Assembly: GCA_020137815.1 (NCBI GenBank)
Contig: CM035361.1
Span: 4,960,001-5,024,000, forward strand
Reading direction: 5' to 3'
Length of the DNA: 64,000 bases
Source: Hormiphora californensis
Taxonomy: Eukaryota > Animalia > Ctenophora
Numbering within the stretch: the stretch's first letter is position 1; each line of letters begins with the position of its first letter. Shown here one piece after another: positions 1-18,410 of the stretch. Under the pieces are notes generated by a model that did not search any database, had not been told where the DNA came from, and saw nothing but the letters and a program-made list of their open reading frames with translations. Made by a program: the position numbers and the translations under genes.

Positions 1-1338
1 ATGGATGGTCAAGCACTGGTTGAAATGCAATGAGTCGAAGACGGAACTTCTCATCCTGGGTAAAAGTAGTGCTATCGATAAGCTTACTTTTGAACCGTCG
101 GTTAGGTTTGGAGATGTGGATATCGGTCCTATTGACTTCAAGGGTACTTCGGGCAAGACTCTGGGTATTTACATGGATGAAAACTTGACTTTGGAGCGTC
201 AGGTGAACAGTGTGAGAAAACATTGTGGAATGCTGTTGAAGAATTTATGGCAGGTCAATCGTTGTCTGGACTTCTCCACCAAAGTTCTCTTGGTGAAGCA
301 GCTTGTTATCTCCCGTCTGGATTATTGTAATATCCTTTATGGAGGTCTTCCAAAGAAGCTCATTGCCCGTCTTCAGAAGGTGCTCAATTCCTGTGTTAGG
401 TTCATCTATGGACTGCATGGTCATCAAGATGATTACCTGCCCTACCTGAGAGAGACTCACATTCTCCCTATTGAGCAACGTGTTGTCTTCAAATCATGTC
501 TTATGGCCTACAAGATCATACATGGAAGTGCTCCAGACTACCTCTGTGAGCAAATACCTGCGGACAATGTACTGGATGTACCCCGCCGGACCAGAGCGAC
601 TACTGTGCCCGATCTCTTTAAGCTCCGGTACCCCAAACTGTCGAGTGTGAATGCCAGTTCTAAACTGAGGAAAAGGAGACCGTCAGTTCTCCTACCGGAC
701 CTTTGGAATGCCCTCCCCCTCGATCTGAGGTCGTTGACCACTGTGGAATCGTTTAAGACCCGTCTCAAGACAAGACTGTTCGTGGAATCCTTTGGGGCTG
801 ACTAGTTGTGTCTTTCCTCTTTCCGGATTTCCCCTATCGCTATCCTATCACTCGCTGTACTGTCTATCAGGTAAGACGTGTGTTTGTACTGTGTGTCCCT
901 CGTGACAAGTTTTTCTAGCACATCTTTTTGGGTTTGAAGCACGAGTGTCTGAGTGTGTAATACTATTTTTATTCAGTGTTCAGTTTCCGCTTTTTCCTGG
1001 GCGATGTCTGTGTTGAGGGTGGTTCAGAGATTTATCTGAACCTTTTTTGATCTGATAAAGTTTTTTTGGAGAGGTGTAAAGGTTGTAGAGGATATTTTTT
1101 GAAGCTATATTTTTTGTCTTCTTACCATTTATGTCTGTTATGAATCCGATTGTATTTCTTCCATCTCATGAGAGCAGGTTAATTTGGTTTTTACCACCGT
1201 TTTAGAATCTAATTTTGGTTGAGTGTGTGAGTAAACTGCTCTGATTATCCCTCAGTGGCAGTATTAGCTATGCTATGCTGTCCCTGGGGGATCTGGGCAG
1301 GATACAAGTCTAGATATTATTATTATTATTATTATTAT
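1..1338 (+). mobile_element. 3' end of a non-LTR retrotransposon (CR1/L2-group LINE): ORF2 C-terminus, 3' UTR and (TAT)n tail
   Basis: ORF to 805 has post-RT LINE motifs (LVISRLDYCN, HILPIEQRV, LWNALP..FKTRLKT). The UTR ends GGATACAAGTCTAGA followed by (TAT)n to about 1338. It aligns by eye with the C-terminus of the 38355-40280 ORF. Confidence 0.92.
5..805 (+). CDS. LINE ORF2 C-terminal fragment (5' part lies outside the window)
   Basis: GKTLGIYMDENLTLERQV, SRLDYCNILY and LWNALPLDLRS motifs are typical of the LINE ORF2 region after the RT core. Confidence 0.88.
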   Translation: MVKHWLKCNESKTELLILGKSSAIDKLTFEPSVRFGDVDIGPIDFKGTSGKTLGIYMDENLTLERQVNSVRKHCGMLLKNLWQVNRCLDFSTKVLLVKQLVISRLDYCNILYGGLPKKLIARLQKVLNSCVRFIYGLHGHQDDYLPYLRETHILPIEQRVVFKSCLMAYKIIHGSAPDYLCEQIPADNVLDVPRRTRATTVPDLFKLRYPKLSSVNASSKLRKRRPSVLLPDLWNALPLDLRSLTTVESFKTRLKTRLFVESFGAD

Positions 1339-1344
1339 AGTAGA

Positions 1345-1532
1345 ACTCTCTCTTACTCTCTGTCTCTCTCCCTCCCTCTCTCCATCTCTCTCCTTCTCCC
1401 TTCTCCCTCCATCTTGCCCCCTCGTTGCTCAAAGTAATGCAAATATTTTCTAATGGACAGTCTGACATATTCCTCTCTTACTTCAATCTCTTTTTTATGT
1501 GCACCTCATTATTTCTTTACTTGTATGTTTCA

Positions 1533-1607
<75 letters not shown>

Positions 1608-1815
1608 AGTCTCTTCCTTTCTCTCTCGCTTTCACTTTCTCTCTATCGATTTCCCTATTTTAAATATTTATCCCCTCATATATTTCAACCATCTGTCATG
1701 CTGGGGTTAGCTGCTGCGTTTCTAGTCCTGAGATGCGATCCTTGCTCCTTCTACATTTAGTAATCTCATTACCATGATCAATCAAGAGAGCTTTCTATTT
1801 CTCTCTCTCTCTCTA

Positions 1816-1854
<39 letters not shown>

Positions 1855-1891
1855 GTCTCTCTCTCTCTCTCTCACTCTCTCTCACTCTCTC

Positions 1892-1965
<74 letters not shown>

Positions 1966-1966
1966 C

Positions 1967-2029
<63 letters not shown>

Positions 2030-2050
2030 TCTCCCACTCTCTCTCTCCCA

Positions 2051-2093
<43 letters not shown>

Positions 2094-2628
2094 GTTGGTA
2101 TACAGTTTGTGATTGCAAGCTTAACTCTAATGTTGTTGTGTGTTGCACTGTAAAGTTAAGTATTGCATGCTTACCAATGCCTTCAGCTCACTCAAGATTC
2201 CTCATGATGGTATAGTTTAGTTTTTACTCATCTTTTCGGCACTTTACATTATTTGTTGTACTCATTTTTCCGACACTTTAATTTCAGTCATTATTTTGTT
2301 TTTACTCATCTCTTCGACACTTTATTTTCAATTTTTATTAATGAACTTAATTAAACTTTTTACTTTATTTACAACACTAAATTCTGCGTTGACAATTTAT
2401 ATTCATCGTACATGAATATATTCTGACGAGAAGAATAAATTATTTCTGTGCATTGTTTCTCAGTTCTGTTGTCTTTTTCTACCTGGTTCTTTACCTCTTC
2501 TCTCTCCTATTCTCTCTCCTTCTCTCCCCCTCTCTCTCCTATTCTCTCTCCTTCTCTCTCTCCTTTTCTCCCTCCTCTCTCTCTCCTTCTCTCTCTCTCC
2601 CTCTCTCTCTTTCTCTCTCTATCCCTCC

Positions 2629-2700
<72 letters not shown>

Positions 2701-2740
2701 ATCTCTCTCTCCTCACCCTCTCTCTTCCTCTCTCTATCTA
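1345..2740. repeat. Cluster of (CT)n microsatellites and degenerate CT tracts
   Basis: Long pure and interrupted (CT)n runs. Similar blocks occur at about 3787-3935, 4893-5700, 11975-12068, 12662-12744, 24720-25060, 44390-44580, 46433-46561, 50120-50310, 50710-50838 and 63260-63555. Confidence 0.95.
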
Positions 2741-3193
2741 TTTTGCGAAAGGTGGAGCTAGTGTGTGTAGTGCACAGCACGCGTGTTTTTTGATTGAATG
2801 AAGACAGCTCTCTTTCTATTCCGTTCCTCCCTTTTCACCCATATATCTCTCTCTATCTCTCTTTCCCTAGCGTCTCTTTATGTCTCTGTCTCTCTTGCTC
2901 TAAGATGATTGCATTCTACATCAACCTAAAGAAGAGAGGGAGCTGCTACGAATCAACATGTTGTGCTGTAACATTTTCTCATCTCTACCATACTTTGCTA
3001 CGATATCTCTCTTTATCTTTTGAAAAGATATCTCTCTTGATCTTTTTGAACTCTTGTCCTTTTTGCCAACTTTGTTTCTTGAGCACATTTTGATTTTACC
3101 TGATCATCAGTTTCAATTGTCACCCAGTTTCCAACCATTATTATTATATCTCCCCCACTGTAGCAGACCGCAACAGGTGCCTCGTCGTCGACT

Positions 3194-10368
<7,175 letters not shown>

Positions 10369-10500
10369 TTACCTCCTCAAGCAACATCATGATACAACTT
10401 GAAGGGTGCACCTTTATTTAGAGAGAGAGAGAGAGAAAAACGATAAAATATTTTTGTCAGAGATAGAAAGAGAGAGTAAGAGTAAGAGAGAGAAAGAGAG

Positions 10501-10542
<42 letters not shown>

Positions 10543-11715
10543 AGAGAGAGAGTGAGAGAGATAGAGAAGATATATACTAAGAGAGATAGAGAAAGCACCC
10601 GCCTATATATCGTATGATCATGAGTTGTGAACCTTTGTTTCTAGTGTTTTTAGCGTGATATACGACTTGTCCGTATGTGTGACACGTGACGCCCATATAT
10701 GGTGTTGTGTGACACGTGATGCCCATATATGGTGTTGTGTGATTGTTAGTTTGTGTGTGTGTGTGTGTGAGAACGGCCTTGGACCAATAAAATATACTTC
10801 CCACGAAATATTAGTAAACCTACATTGTCTTAGTTAGTCGGATTATCCAAAACGGGAGATTGATCAGGGTTAGAGCTGCTTTGGTGATGCCCATATATGG
10901 TATGTCATGTGATGTCCATATATGGTGTTGTTTGACACTTGTTCGTTGAGAGATGGGTTGCCATGGGAGACACAATTCTCTCGCGAGACACGTGCTGACA
11001 CACCCCCTCTCTCCCTGATCTTTCTTTGTCAGTTTGGTGACGTCATTAAATTTTGTTAGCTTCGCATTTTATTGCATTCTTGTGGGTGTGTGAGAGAGAG
11101 AGAGTTATGACGTAATGAGATAACAAATATATAGACTTACACTTGATATATAACACACACGTACACCATATATATTAATTAAGTGTAATATTAATACATT
11201 TGAAAATATTTTTGGAGTTTTTAATAGTGCTGACATTTACAATTCAAGTGTGACGTCACGACGAAGTTATGACGTCACGACGAAGTTATGACGTCACAAG
11301 ATACACAAGGAGTTGAGATCTATACATTCAAGTCATGTGTTTTAACGTCTAGAAAGATATCGCTGTCCGGAGCTCTGTTTTGAATTCTCAGATCGGGTCT
11401 GCCGGACAGAATGTGTGACACGTGATGCCCATATATGGTGTTGTGTGACAGTTAGACAGCTCTGAACCATCAACCAACATTACATCATTCACCCTGAAGC
11501 AGTTGTCACACCATGATGCTCTGACGTTGTAAACTGTCCCTACCACAATGGAAATGTCACGTGATGCCCATATATGGTGTTGTGTGAAACGTGATGCCCA
11601 TATATGGTGTTGTGTATAATGTTACGTGGTATAACAGATTCTCTCAAAGCAGCACGAATATAGAATTGTTATTTCACATTTGTACAGAGTTAACGAGAGC
11701 ACAGAGAATTGTTAT

Positions 11716-11824
11716 CAGGAACCGACCGAATCAGGAAATACTGGTCCCTGATTGGCTGATAACCAGTCACGTGACCTAAATAACGAGTTCTGATTGGTTG
11801 TTTACTTGTTTCGGTCGGTTCCTG
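11716..11824 (+). mobile_element. 109-bp hAT-type MITE
   Basis: 15-bp TIR CAGGAACCGACCGAA; perfect 8-bp TSD ATTGTTAT (11708-11715 / 11825-11832). Confidence 0.93.
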
Positions 11825-11969
11825 ATTGTTATCGGGTGCGAGAGAGAATACAAAAGAGGGTATTAGTTGAAGTAATTAATGTATAATTAGATCACGCACA
11901 CATCAGGATTTGGAAGAATTGTTATTTTGAGTTATCTAGCATCAAATATGTATCTTTTTAAACCGTTCT

Positions 11970-12072
<103 letters not shown>

Positions 12073-12245
12073 GGTGACAGCTGCTTGTTTCTTTGCACCT
12101 AACTGATTCTGCCCAAGGGAATCCTTTGTTAGGTGCAAAGCCTGCAGTATCGTGGAACAAACACCCTCTTTAGAAACGTGAACCAGTTACATCATCTCTC
12201 GACCATGTTGGAGAGAGAGAGTTGAGGGAATCTATATGCAAATAT

Positions 12246-12354
12246 CAGGAACCGACCGAATCAGGAAATACTGGTCCCTGATTGGCTGATAACCAGTCAC
12301 GTGACCTAAATAACGAGTTCTGATTGGTTGTTTACTTGTTTCGGTCGGTTCCTG
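12246..12354 (+). mobile_element. 109-bp hAT-type MITE
   Basis: Full-length copy with both TIRs; imperfect flanking duplication (TATGCAAAT). Confidence 0.9.
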
Positions 12355-12489
12355 CTATGCAAATCTCTCAGCCGGAGCTAGTAGTGAAAATGACTGATAT
12401 ATAAAACTGGAGTGAACTGGATTTATCTAGTTCATCTCTAAAAGTTTAAAAATATCATGATCCATCTACCATGCGGCTCTCTCAAGCTA

Positions 12490-12580
12490 CAAACTGTACT
12501 GTATAAACTGTGCTACAGACTGTACTTCAAACTGTACTGTACAATCTAAACTGTACTGTACAAACTGTACTGTACAAACT
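12490..12580. repeat. Short tandem repeat (AAACTGTACTGTAC)-like
   Basis: About 5 imperfect 14-bp units. Confidence 0.7.
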
Positions 12581-12661
12581 ATGTGTCGTGTGATCTGTAA
12601 TTGGCGAACTTGAAAAAGTGGGTTTTGTCTCACCAATGGAACCCTCAACCAAATTCTCTGC

Positions 12662-12748
<87 letters not shown>

Positions 12749-12845
12749 GAAGGATTAAGATGTGATATATAAGTAGTTTGGCAGTCAATGCACTTTTTGT
12801 AAATAGTACCCAATCTTCTGTCGTTAGTTTGTGTGTGTGTGTCAC

Positions 12846-12964
12846 GTGATGCCCATATATGGTGTTGTGTGATGCCCATATATGGTGTTGTGTGATGCCC
12901 ATATATGGTGTTGTGTGATGCCCATATATGGTGTTGTGTGATGCCCATATATGGTGTTGTGTGA
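12846..12964. repeat. 5 x 23-bp tandem of the locally dispersed motif GTGATGCCCATATATGGTGTTGT
   Basis: Exact tandem here; single or double copies are scattered from about 3555 to 11615. Confidence 0.9.
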
Positions 12965-13402
12965 TTTGTGAGCGTGATAACTGTGTTTTTCTCTGTACTA
13001 TCTAATTCCTCGTGTATCGACCGAGCGAATTTTTGTTTTAGCCAAGTAAAAATTAACGTGTTTCCATTTGTTATCTACAATAGAACGGGAGAATCTAAAA
13101 TAAAAGCTCGTATTACGTCACACGATGACGTCATGAATATCGAGTCACCTGACACCTGATTAGATTCTCCCGATCTGTATACCGGATGGTCAATAAAGGG
13201 GACCTGGAAGGTGCCATAATGGCGCATCGCGGTAATGAAACTGCCGTGGAATCTGTCCATACGTACTATAATAGACGTAGCTGTCTGGCGGCGCCGGGCT
13301 GAGCACACTGTCAAAACGGGGTCCCTGGGCTGGGTACCCCAGGCAGAAACGTAGTATGTTTATAGACGTACTTGAGACGTTATCAAACGTACTGTCGTAC
13401 TA

Positions 13403-13502
13403 CAACGTCGGACCCCGATTTAGTGGCATCCTCGGGGGAAAAAATCCTGCCACTAAATCGGGGTACCACTAAATCGGGGGCCACTAAATCGGGGTCCGAC
13501 TG
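13403..13502. mobile_element. Tc1/pogo-type MITE with TA flanks
   Basis: TA|CAACGTCGGACCCCGATTTAGTGG...CCACTAAATCGGGGTCCGACTG|TA; a related copy lies at 19618-19750. Confidence 0.75.
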
Positions 13503-13520
13503 TACTATAACAGCTGCAGC

Positions 13521-13612
13521 CCTGTCTGGCGGTGCCAGACCCCGATTAAATTCTCAAATGAATCTGAGTGCATGACATTGTGCTCAGATGGGGTCTGCGG
13601 CGCCAGACAGCT
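13521..13612. mobile_element. Short palindromic MITE-like element (CTGTCTGGCG...CGCCAGACAG)
   Basis: Inverted ends. Related copies at about 11362-11409, 13280 (one end only) and 18000-18052. Confidence 0.6.
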
Positions 13613-13624
13613 ACAGTCGTAAGG

Positions 13625-14214
13625 CTATAAGCATACTGATCGTGATGATCATAATCAGTTAAAAAGATGAAGTGTGCTCATGGTTTTGATCATCATCATC
13701 TGCAAAAAACTGCAGTGTGCGGAACATTATGATCATCACGTAAGAGCTGGCCCTGGAGCCGTCTCTTAAGTTGGATGATGATCATCAACACCTAGTGTGC
13801 GCACGTTCTGATCTTATTCTTATGGAGGGCTGCACTGTAGTCATGTGATATGTACCACGTGTACGAATTCGCGCGCACTGAGAGGCTGTTGTACAGGTCA
13901 CGTGATATGCAACAGCCTCTCAGAGCGCGCGACTGGGCAAGGGGGAGATAGCATCATCATGCTGAGCACACTGGTCATGATGATCATGATCAAAAGGCAA
14001 GTTACAGCAAGTTGAGTATGGTCTATGATGATCAAACGTGCGCACACTATGGTTTATGATGATCAAACGTGAACACACTATGGTTGGAGATCATCATGAT
14101 GCATCAAGCCTCCATCATGATGATAACCATCAGTGTGTGCGCTTCTTTGATGGTGACCATCAAAATCTCCGCACACTGACCTGATTATGATCATCACGAT
14201 CAGTATGCTTATAG
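13625..14214. mobile_element. 590-bp non-autonomous TIR element rich in GATCATCATGAT motifs
   Basis: Perfect 34-bp inverted termini CTATAAGCATACTGATCGTGATGATCATAATCAG (13625-13658 / 14181-14214) and an internal hairpin at about 13871-13931. TAA near both flanks may indicate PIF/Harbinger. Confidence 0.8.
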
Positions 14215-14271
14215 TAAGTCGTATAATGGACGTACTATGTACTCCGTCTATAGTACGTACATTGTCTCGAT

Positions 14272-14833
14272 GGATTTCCACGGTTTGAGACGTCTAAAGT
14301 ACGTCTGGATGACGTCTGCAGTAAATGCGTTTTACCGTGGAAACTAGCCGAGACGTTACGTCTAACAGTGCTGCTTGCAGTCAAAATACGGTAACGCAAA
14401 ATACAGTAAGGAGACGCGCACGGTGCATAACGCGCGGCAAAAAGTTCATGTGTCAGCACGTACTAGCGCCCTGATTGGTCACGGTTGCGCGTCGTCTTAA
14501 TGTATCTTCGTTTTCCATTACCGTTTTCCCACTACAAGCGACCGTGTAAAGTCGAATAAAATGTAGGTTTGAAGTACGTCTATTATAATGACAATAGCCC
14601 GTCTAAAGTACTACTACGTCGATTGTACGTACACTCGACGTAGTAGTACTTTAGACGGGCTATTGTCATTATAATATAGACGCTCTATAGACGTACTATA
14701 GGCTTTCTATAGACGTACTTCAAACCTACATTTTATTCGACTTTAGACGTCTCGGCGAGTTTCCACGGTAAAACGCATTTACTGCACAGACGTCATCCAG
14801 ACGTACTTGAGACGTCTCAAACCGTGGAAATCC
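14272..14833. mobile_element. AGACGT-rich foldback element with an insertion in its left arm
   Basis: 14272-14356 is the inverse of about 14748-14833, and 14547-14621 is the inverse of about 14635-14745. The stretch 14360-14546 is unpaired. Confidence 0.75.
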
Positions 14834-15247
14834 GTACTACTGTAACTTACAGTAGTACTTCCGGACTATGTCTTAGTCTAGACGAGCGACGTAGCTGCAG
14901 CGAATTCGTTTTTGCTACATTTGTGTGTTGTCTAGTGCTGCCCATGCCCACTACCAGTGCAAACTGCAAGGTGTTCCAATTGTAATTCCACTGGAAAACC
15001 TGGGGGAAAATAGTATTTGCAATCAAGGTGTGGCAGCTAGTTGGGAAAATTAATATTTTCAATTAGAAAACAGAAAGCAAGGTTTTCAAGGGAATCCAGT
15101 AATTTTTAATAACCCCGTTCCTCATATTGATTGACTCTATGATTAATTTTTCCGAGAACTCCCAAGCTCCTAATGTAATTGACTCTCGAGATTAATTTCC
15201 CCATGGGGGGTGCACCTTATCCGCAAGCTGGCATGTACCATGCAGAT

Positions 15248-15355
15248 TAGGAACCGACCGAATCAGGAAATACTGGTCCCTGATTGGCTGTTAACCAGTC
15301 ACGTGACCTAAATAACGAGTTCTGATTGGTTTTTACTTGTTTCGATCGGTTCATG
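15248..15355 (+). mobile_element. hAT-type MITE copy immediately upstream of a TATA box
   Basis: Slightly diverged full-length copy of the 109-bp family. Confidence 0.88.
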
Positions 15356-15371
15356 CACTTGCAGATTGGTG

Positions 15372-15463
15372 TATAAAAGGGTGTCCTGAATGCCGGGAAA
15401 TTCGGAGTCTCTGATCATCACTAGACCTCTCATCACTTTGGATCCTCTTCAAGTGGAAAACAG
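15372..15463 (+). promoter_or_regulatory. Candidate core promoter (TATAAAAG) and non-coding first exon of the secreted-protein gene
   Basis: TATAAAAG at 15372-15379, donor CAG|GTCAGT at 15464, and an acceptor CCTAG at 16636 lying 11 nt before the ATG at 16648. The linkage is inferred. Confidence 0.55.
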
Positions 15464-15488
15464 GTCAGTTAACTCTCTTGATGTATAC

Positions 15489-15597
15489 CAGGAACCGACC
15501 GAATCAGGAAATACTGGTCCCTGATTGGCTGATCACCAGTCACGTGACCTAAATGACAAGTTCTGATTGGTTGTTTACTTGTGTCAGTCGGTTCCTG
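15489..15597 (+). mobile_element. 109-bp hAT-type MITE
   Basis: Both TIRs present; CTCTCTTGATGT is duplicated on the two flanks. Confidence 0.88.
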
Positions 15598-15689
15598 CTC
15601 TCTTGATGTTGATACCTGTTAGGCGTCGCCTACCCCATGATATAATCAAGATCCAGGGTTGGTGCCGCCATACATCGATTTACCAACAC

Positions 15690-15798
15690 CATGAACCGAC
15701 CGAAACAAGTAAACAACCAATCAGAACTCGTTATTCAGGTCACGTGACTGGTTATCAGCCAATCAGGGACCAGTATTTCCTGATTCGGTCGGTTTCTG
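15690..15798 (-). mobile_element. 109-bp hAT-type MITE (reverse orientation)
   Basis: TIRs with single mismatches; TSD ACCAACAC / GCCAACAC. Confidence 0.88.
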
Positions 15799-16647
15799 GC
15801 CAACACCAATCCCGGCCCGGTTCCTACTTCAAGTCCATGCAGGAACCGGAATTGGCGTGGGCCCGGTAAATCGAGCAATGATTTGTCTTAAAAGTTTGCT
15901 GCTATTGTTTCGGATTAGTAAAAGTGAGGTCATAACATAACCTTGACCAAGATTATTTTATGACCTCACCAACCTTGGCACCTAGAGACAATTTGTTGAG
16001 TAAGGGACAATGATATACTGTTGAGTTTTGACGGTAGTGAATAGCACTACAATGCTATGGCTCTGCTACACAATGGCCTGGCCTTTATCCAATCACATAA
16101 TTCAATGGGCCAATCACAGAATTCAATGGGCCAGCTCTTTTAATTCTCACTCCAAGACCATTATCAATATATCACGTTTATCATTCAATATCAATACGCG
16201 TCTACTGAAAATGAAATCATGGCCTTTTAGAGATGATTCATAGCAAGTATTTTACAATTCACACATCGGATGAGGGTACAATTAACATTTTGTGACCTGA
16301 TTTCACACATACCCAAGAACCAATCAAATTGCAGCTGACAGCTCTTTAGGGCCTAGTGTTTTATCACTCATCAAATAAAACAAGCTATTTCTCCGTTCCC
16401 AGCTCATGATATTGCTCGATCACCGTGGTGGATTTTATATTGACTTTGGCCTAGTTTTAGTTTCAATTCCAAAGACTCTTAGTCTTTCTGCATTTAAAAC
16501 CCTAAACAAATATAAATGTTGCCAAGCCCAAGGCCAAAAAAAGCCAAACCCGCCCTGAAATCCGGAATTGATCTGGCTCTTTTAGCATTACACTCCCCTT
16601 GATATTTGTTTGCAAACTAAATCCATTCCCACCTAGATAATTTCGAG

Positions 16648-17972
16648 ATGCTACCTCTGGCAATCATCTGTGTGTTGCTGTTGGCAAGTTACACTCGAGG
16701 CGATCCCACTACCCAGACGAGGACCTTTGCCAAGAGGGGTGTCCCTGTCGTCTCAAATTCCTGTCCTCCCGCTCCTAAACCACTTGGGTAAGTCCTGTCC
16801 TCCCGCTCCTAAACCGCTTGGGTAAGTCCTGTACTCCTGCCCCTAAACCACTTGGGTAAGTTCTCATGTCCCTAAACCGCTTGGGTTAGTCCTGTCCTCC
16901 TGCCCCTAAACCACTTGGGTAAGTCCTGTCCTCCCGCCCCTAAACCGCTTGGGTAAATCCTGTCCTCCTCTCCCTAAACCGCTTGGGTAAGTTCTGTCCT
17001 CCTGCCCCTAAACCGCTTGGGTAAGTTCTGTCCTCCTGCCCCTAAACCACTTGGGTAAGTCCTGTCCCCCTGCCGGTCTTATATGAGACAACCTTTTTCA
17101 GATTCTCCCTGATTCAAACATGGAAATCTATTGGTTCTGTAGCAAAGGATATCATTTCCCACCATCTCCCAACAGATTCCAGTTCAACGTGTGTTAAAAA
17201 CCTGTTTATTAAGGTAACTTCCGGGGAGCATGCTGAGTTAGATTGGGTGTGTGTAAAGCTAGTTTATAATGGGACCGAAACTCTTCTTTCGAATTCTTTC
17301 GAACAATTTCAATGTTTCAAACATTGAAATTGAGTATAGATCAATGAGCTTTACATTCATAGCCCATTTCAGGCATTTGGTCGACTGTCGAATTACAACA
17401 ATAGTATTGTAAATAGTATTGTCAATAGTATTGTCAATACTCCTTTCCTCTCAGGATGTTAAAGATCTAGCGAGAGATTTGGCAAAGTCCTACAAATCTC
17501 TCCGGTGCATCCAGCGGAGCCCCCATCTGGAGAACAAGCCTTTCAATGCGGATACCCTCAACCAGATGGCACTAAACGTTAACGAAATTGTGAGTGTGGA
17601 AATCTCTGTGTGCTCTGACAGTCAGAGTCTGACTTAGCTTAGCTTAGGCAACTCATTTAGTCAGGATTTAAAATTACAAAAAGTGCCAAATCATGTTCAA
17701 AAAAAGAAATCCCACCATTATTTAATCCGAACCCGTATTTTCAGTTGAAGTCTCCCTCCATCTGTGTGAACGACGTGGACCTTTGGTCTTGTGATGGTAC
17801 GATCGCTGTTCGGAGGAAGAAACGGCAAACAGCCAACTCAACTATTGACAACAAAGGATCAACCCAGGTCTCCAGTGATAAGAAGAGTCATGAAGAAATA
17901 ATGGAGGAGATTGTGGGTCTTGTGGGAGTTTATAGAGCCACTGTTGAACACATGTTCATGCTTATTTCTTGA
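16648..17972 (+). CDS. Uncharacterised secreted protein or prohormone-like precursor, 204 aa; exons 16648-16787, 17102-17213, 17455-17589, 17745-17972
   Basis: Four exons with canonical AG/GT and matching phases (2, 0, 0) give a 615-nt open frame. The N-terminus MLPLAIICVLLLASYTRG|D looks like a signal peptide. KR and RRKKR basic sites; 5 Cys after the signal. Confidence 0.8.
16760..17072 (+). repeat. About 9 x 34-bp minisatellite made of the donor junction CCTGTCCTCCCGCTCCTAAACCACTTGG|GTAAGT
   Basis: The first unit is the coding end of the exon plus the donor; the remaining units fill nearly the whole intron. Confidence 0.92.
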
Positions 17973-18300
17973 TTTGGGTTGATGGTTTTATATATTTGAC
18001 TGTCTGGCGCCGTGGACTCCGATTAGATGGGGTCCTCGGCGGTGCCAGACAGGTATTTGATAAAGCTTCTGTAGATTATACATCTGCAGAGGTTTTAAAA
18101 AGGTTTGGTAATTGACTTTTGGAATTGAATACCTTTGAGTTTTGACACAGAATTATTTACAGATTGACCACTATAATATTGATAGAGATGTGTTTCTACC
18201 CGGCCATCCCTCCTAGTAATATATGGAAGGAAAGATCGGGTACAAACCAAGTCGAAAGAAGATGATGAGAGAGAGAGAGACGGAGAGAGACAGAGTGAGA

Positions 18301-18410
18301 GAAAAGGAGAGAAAAGGAGAGAAAAGGAGAGAAAAGGAGAGAAAAGGACAGAAAAGGACAGAAAAGGAGAGAAAAGGAGAGAAAAGGAGAGAAAAGGAGA
18401 GAAAAGGAGA
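18301..18410. repeat. (GAAAAGGAGA)n 10-bp tandem repeat
   Basis: 11 near-perfect units. Confidence 0.9.
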
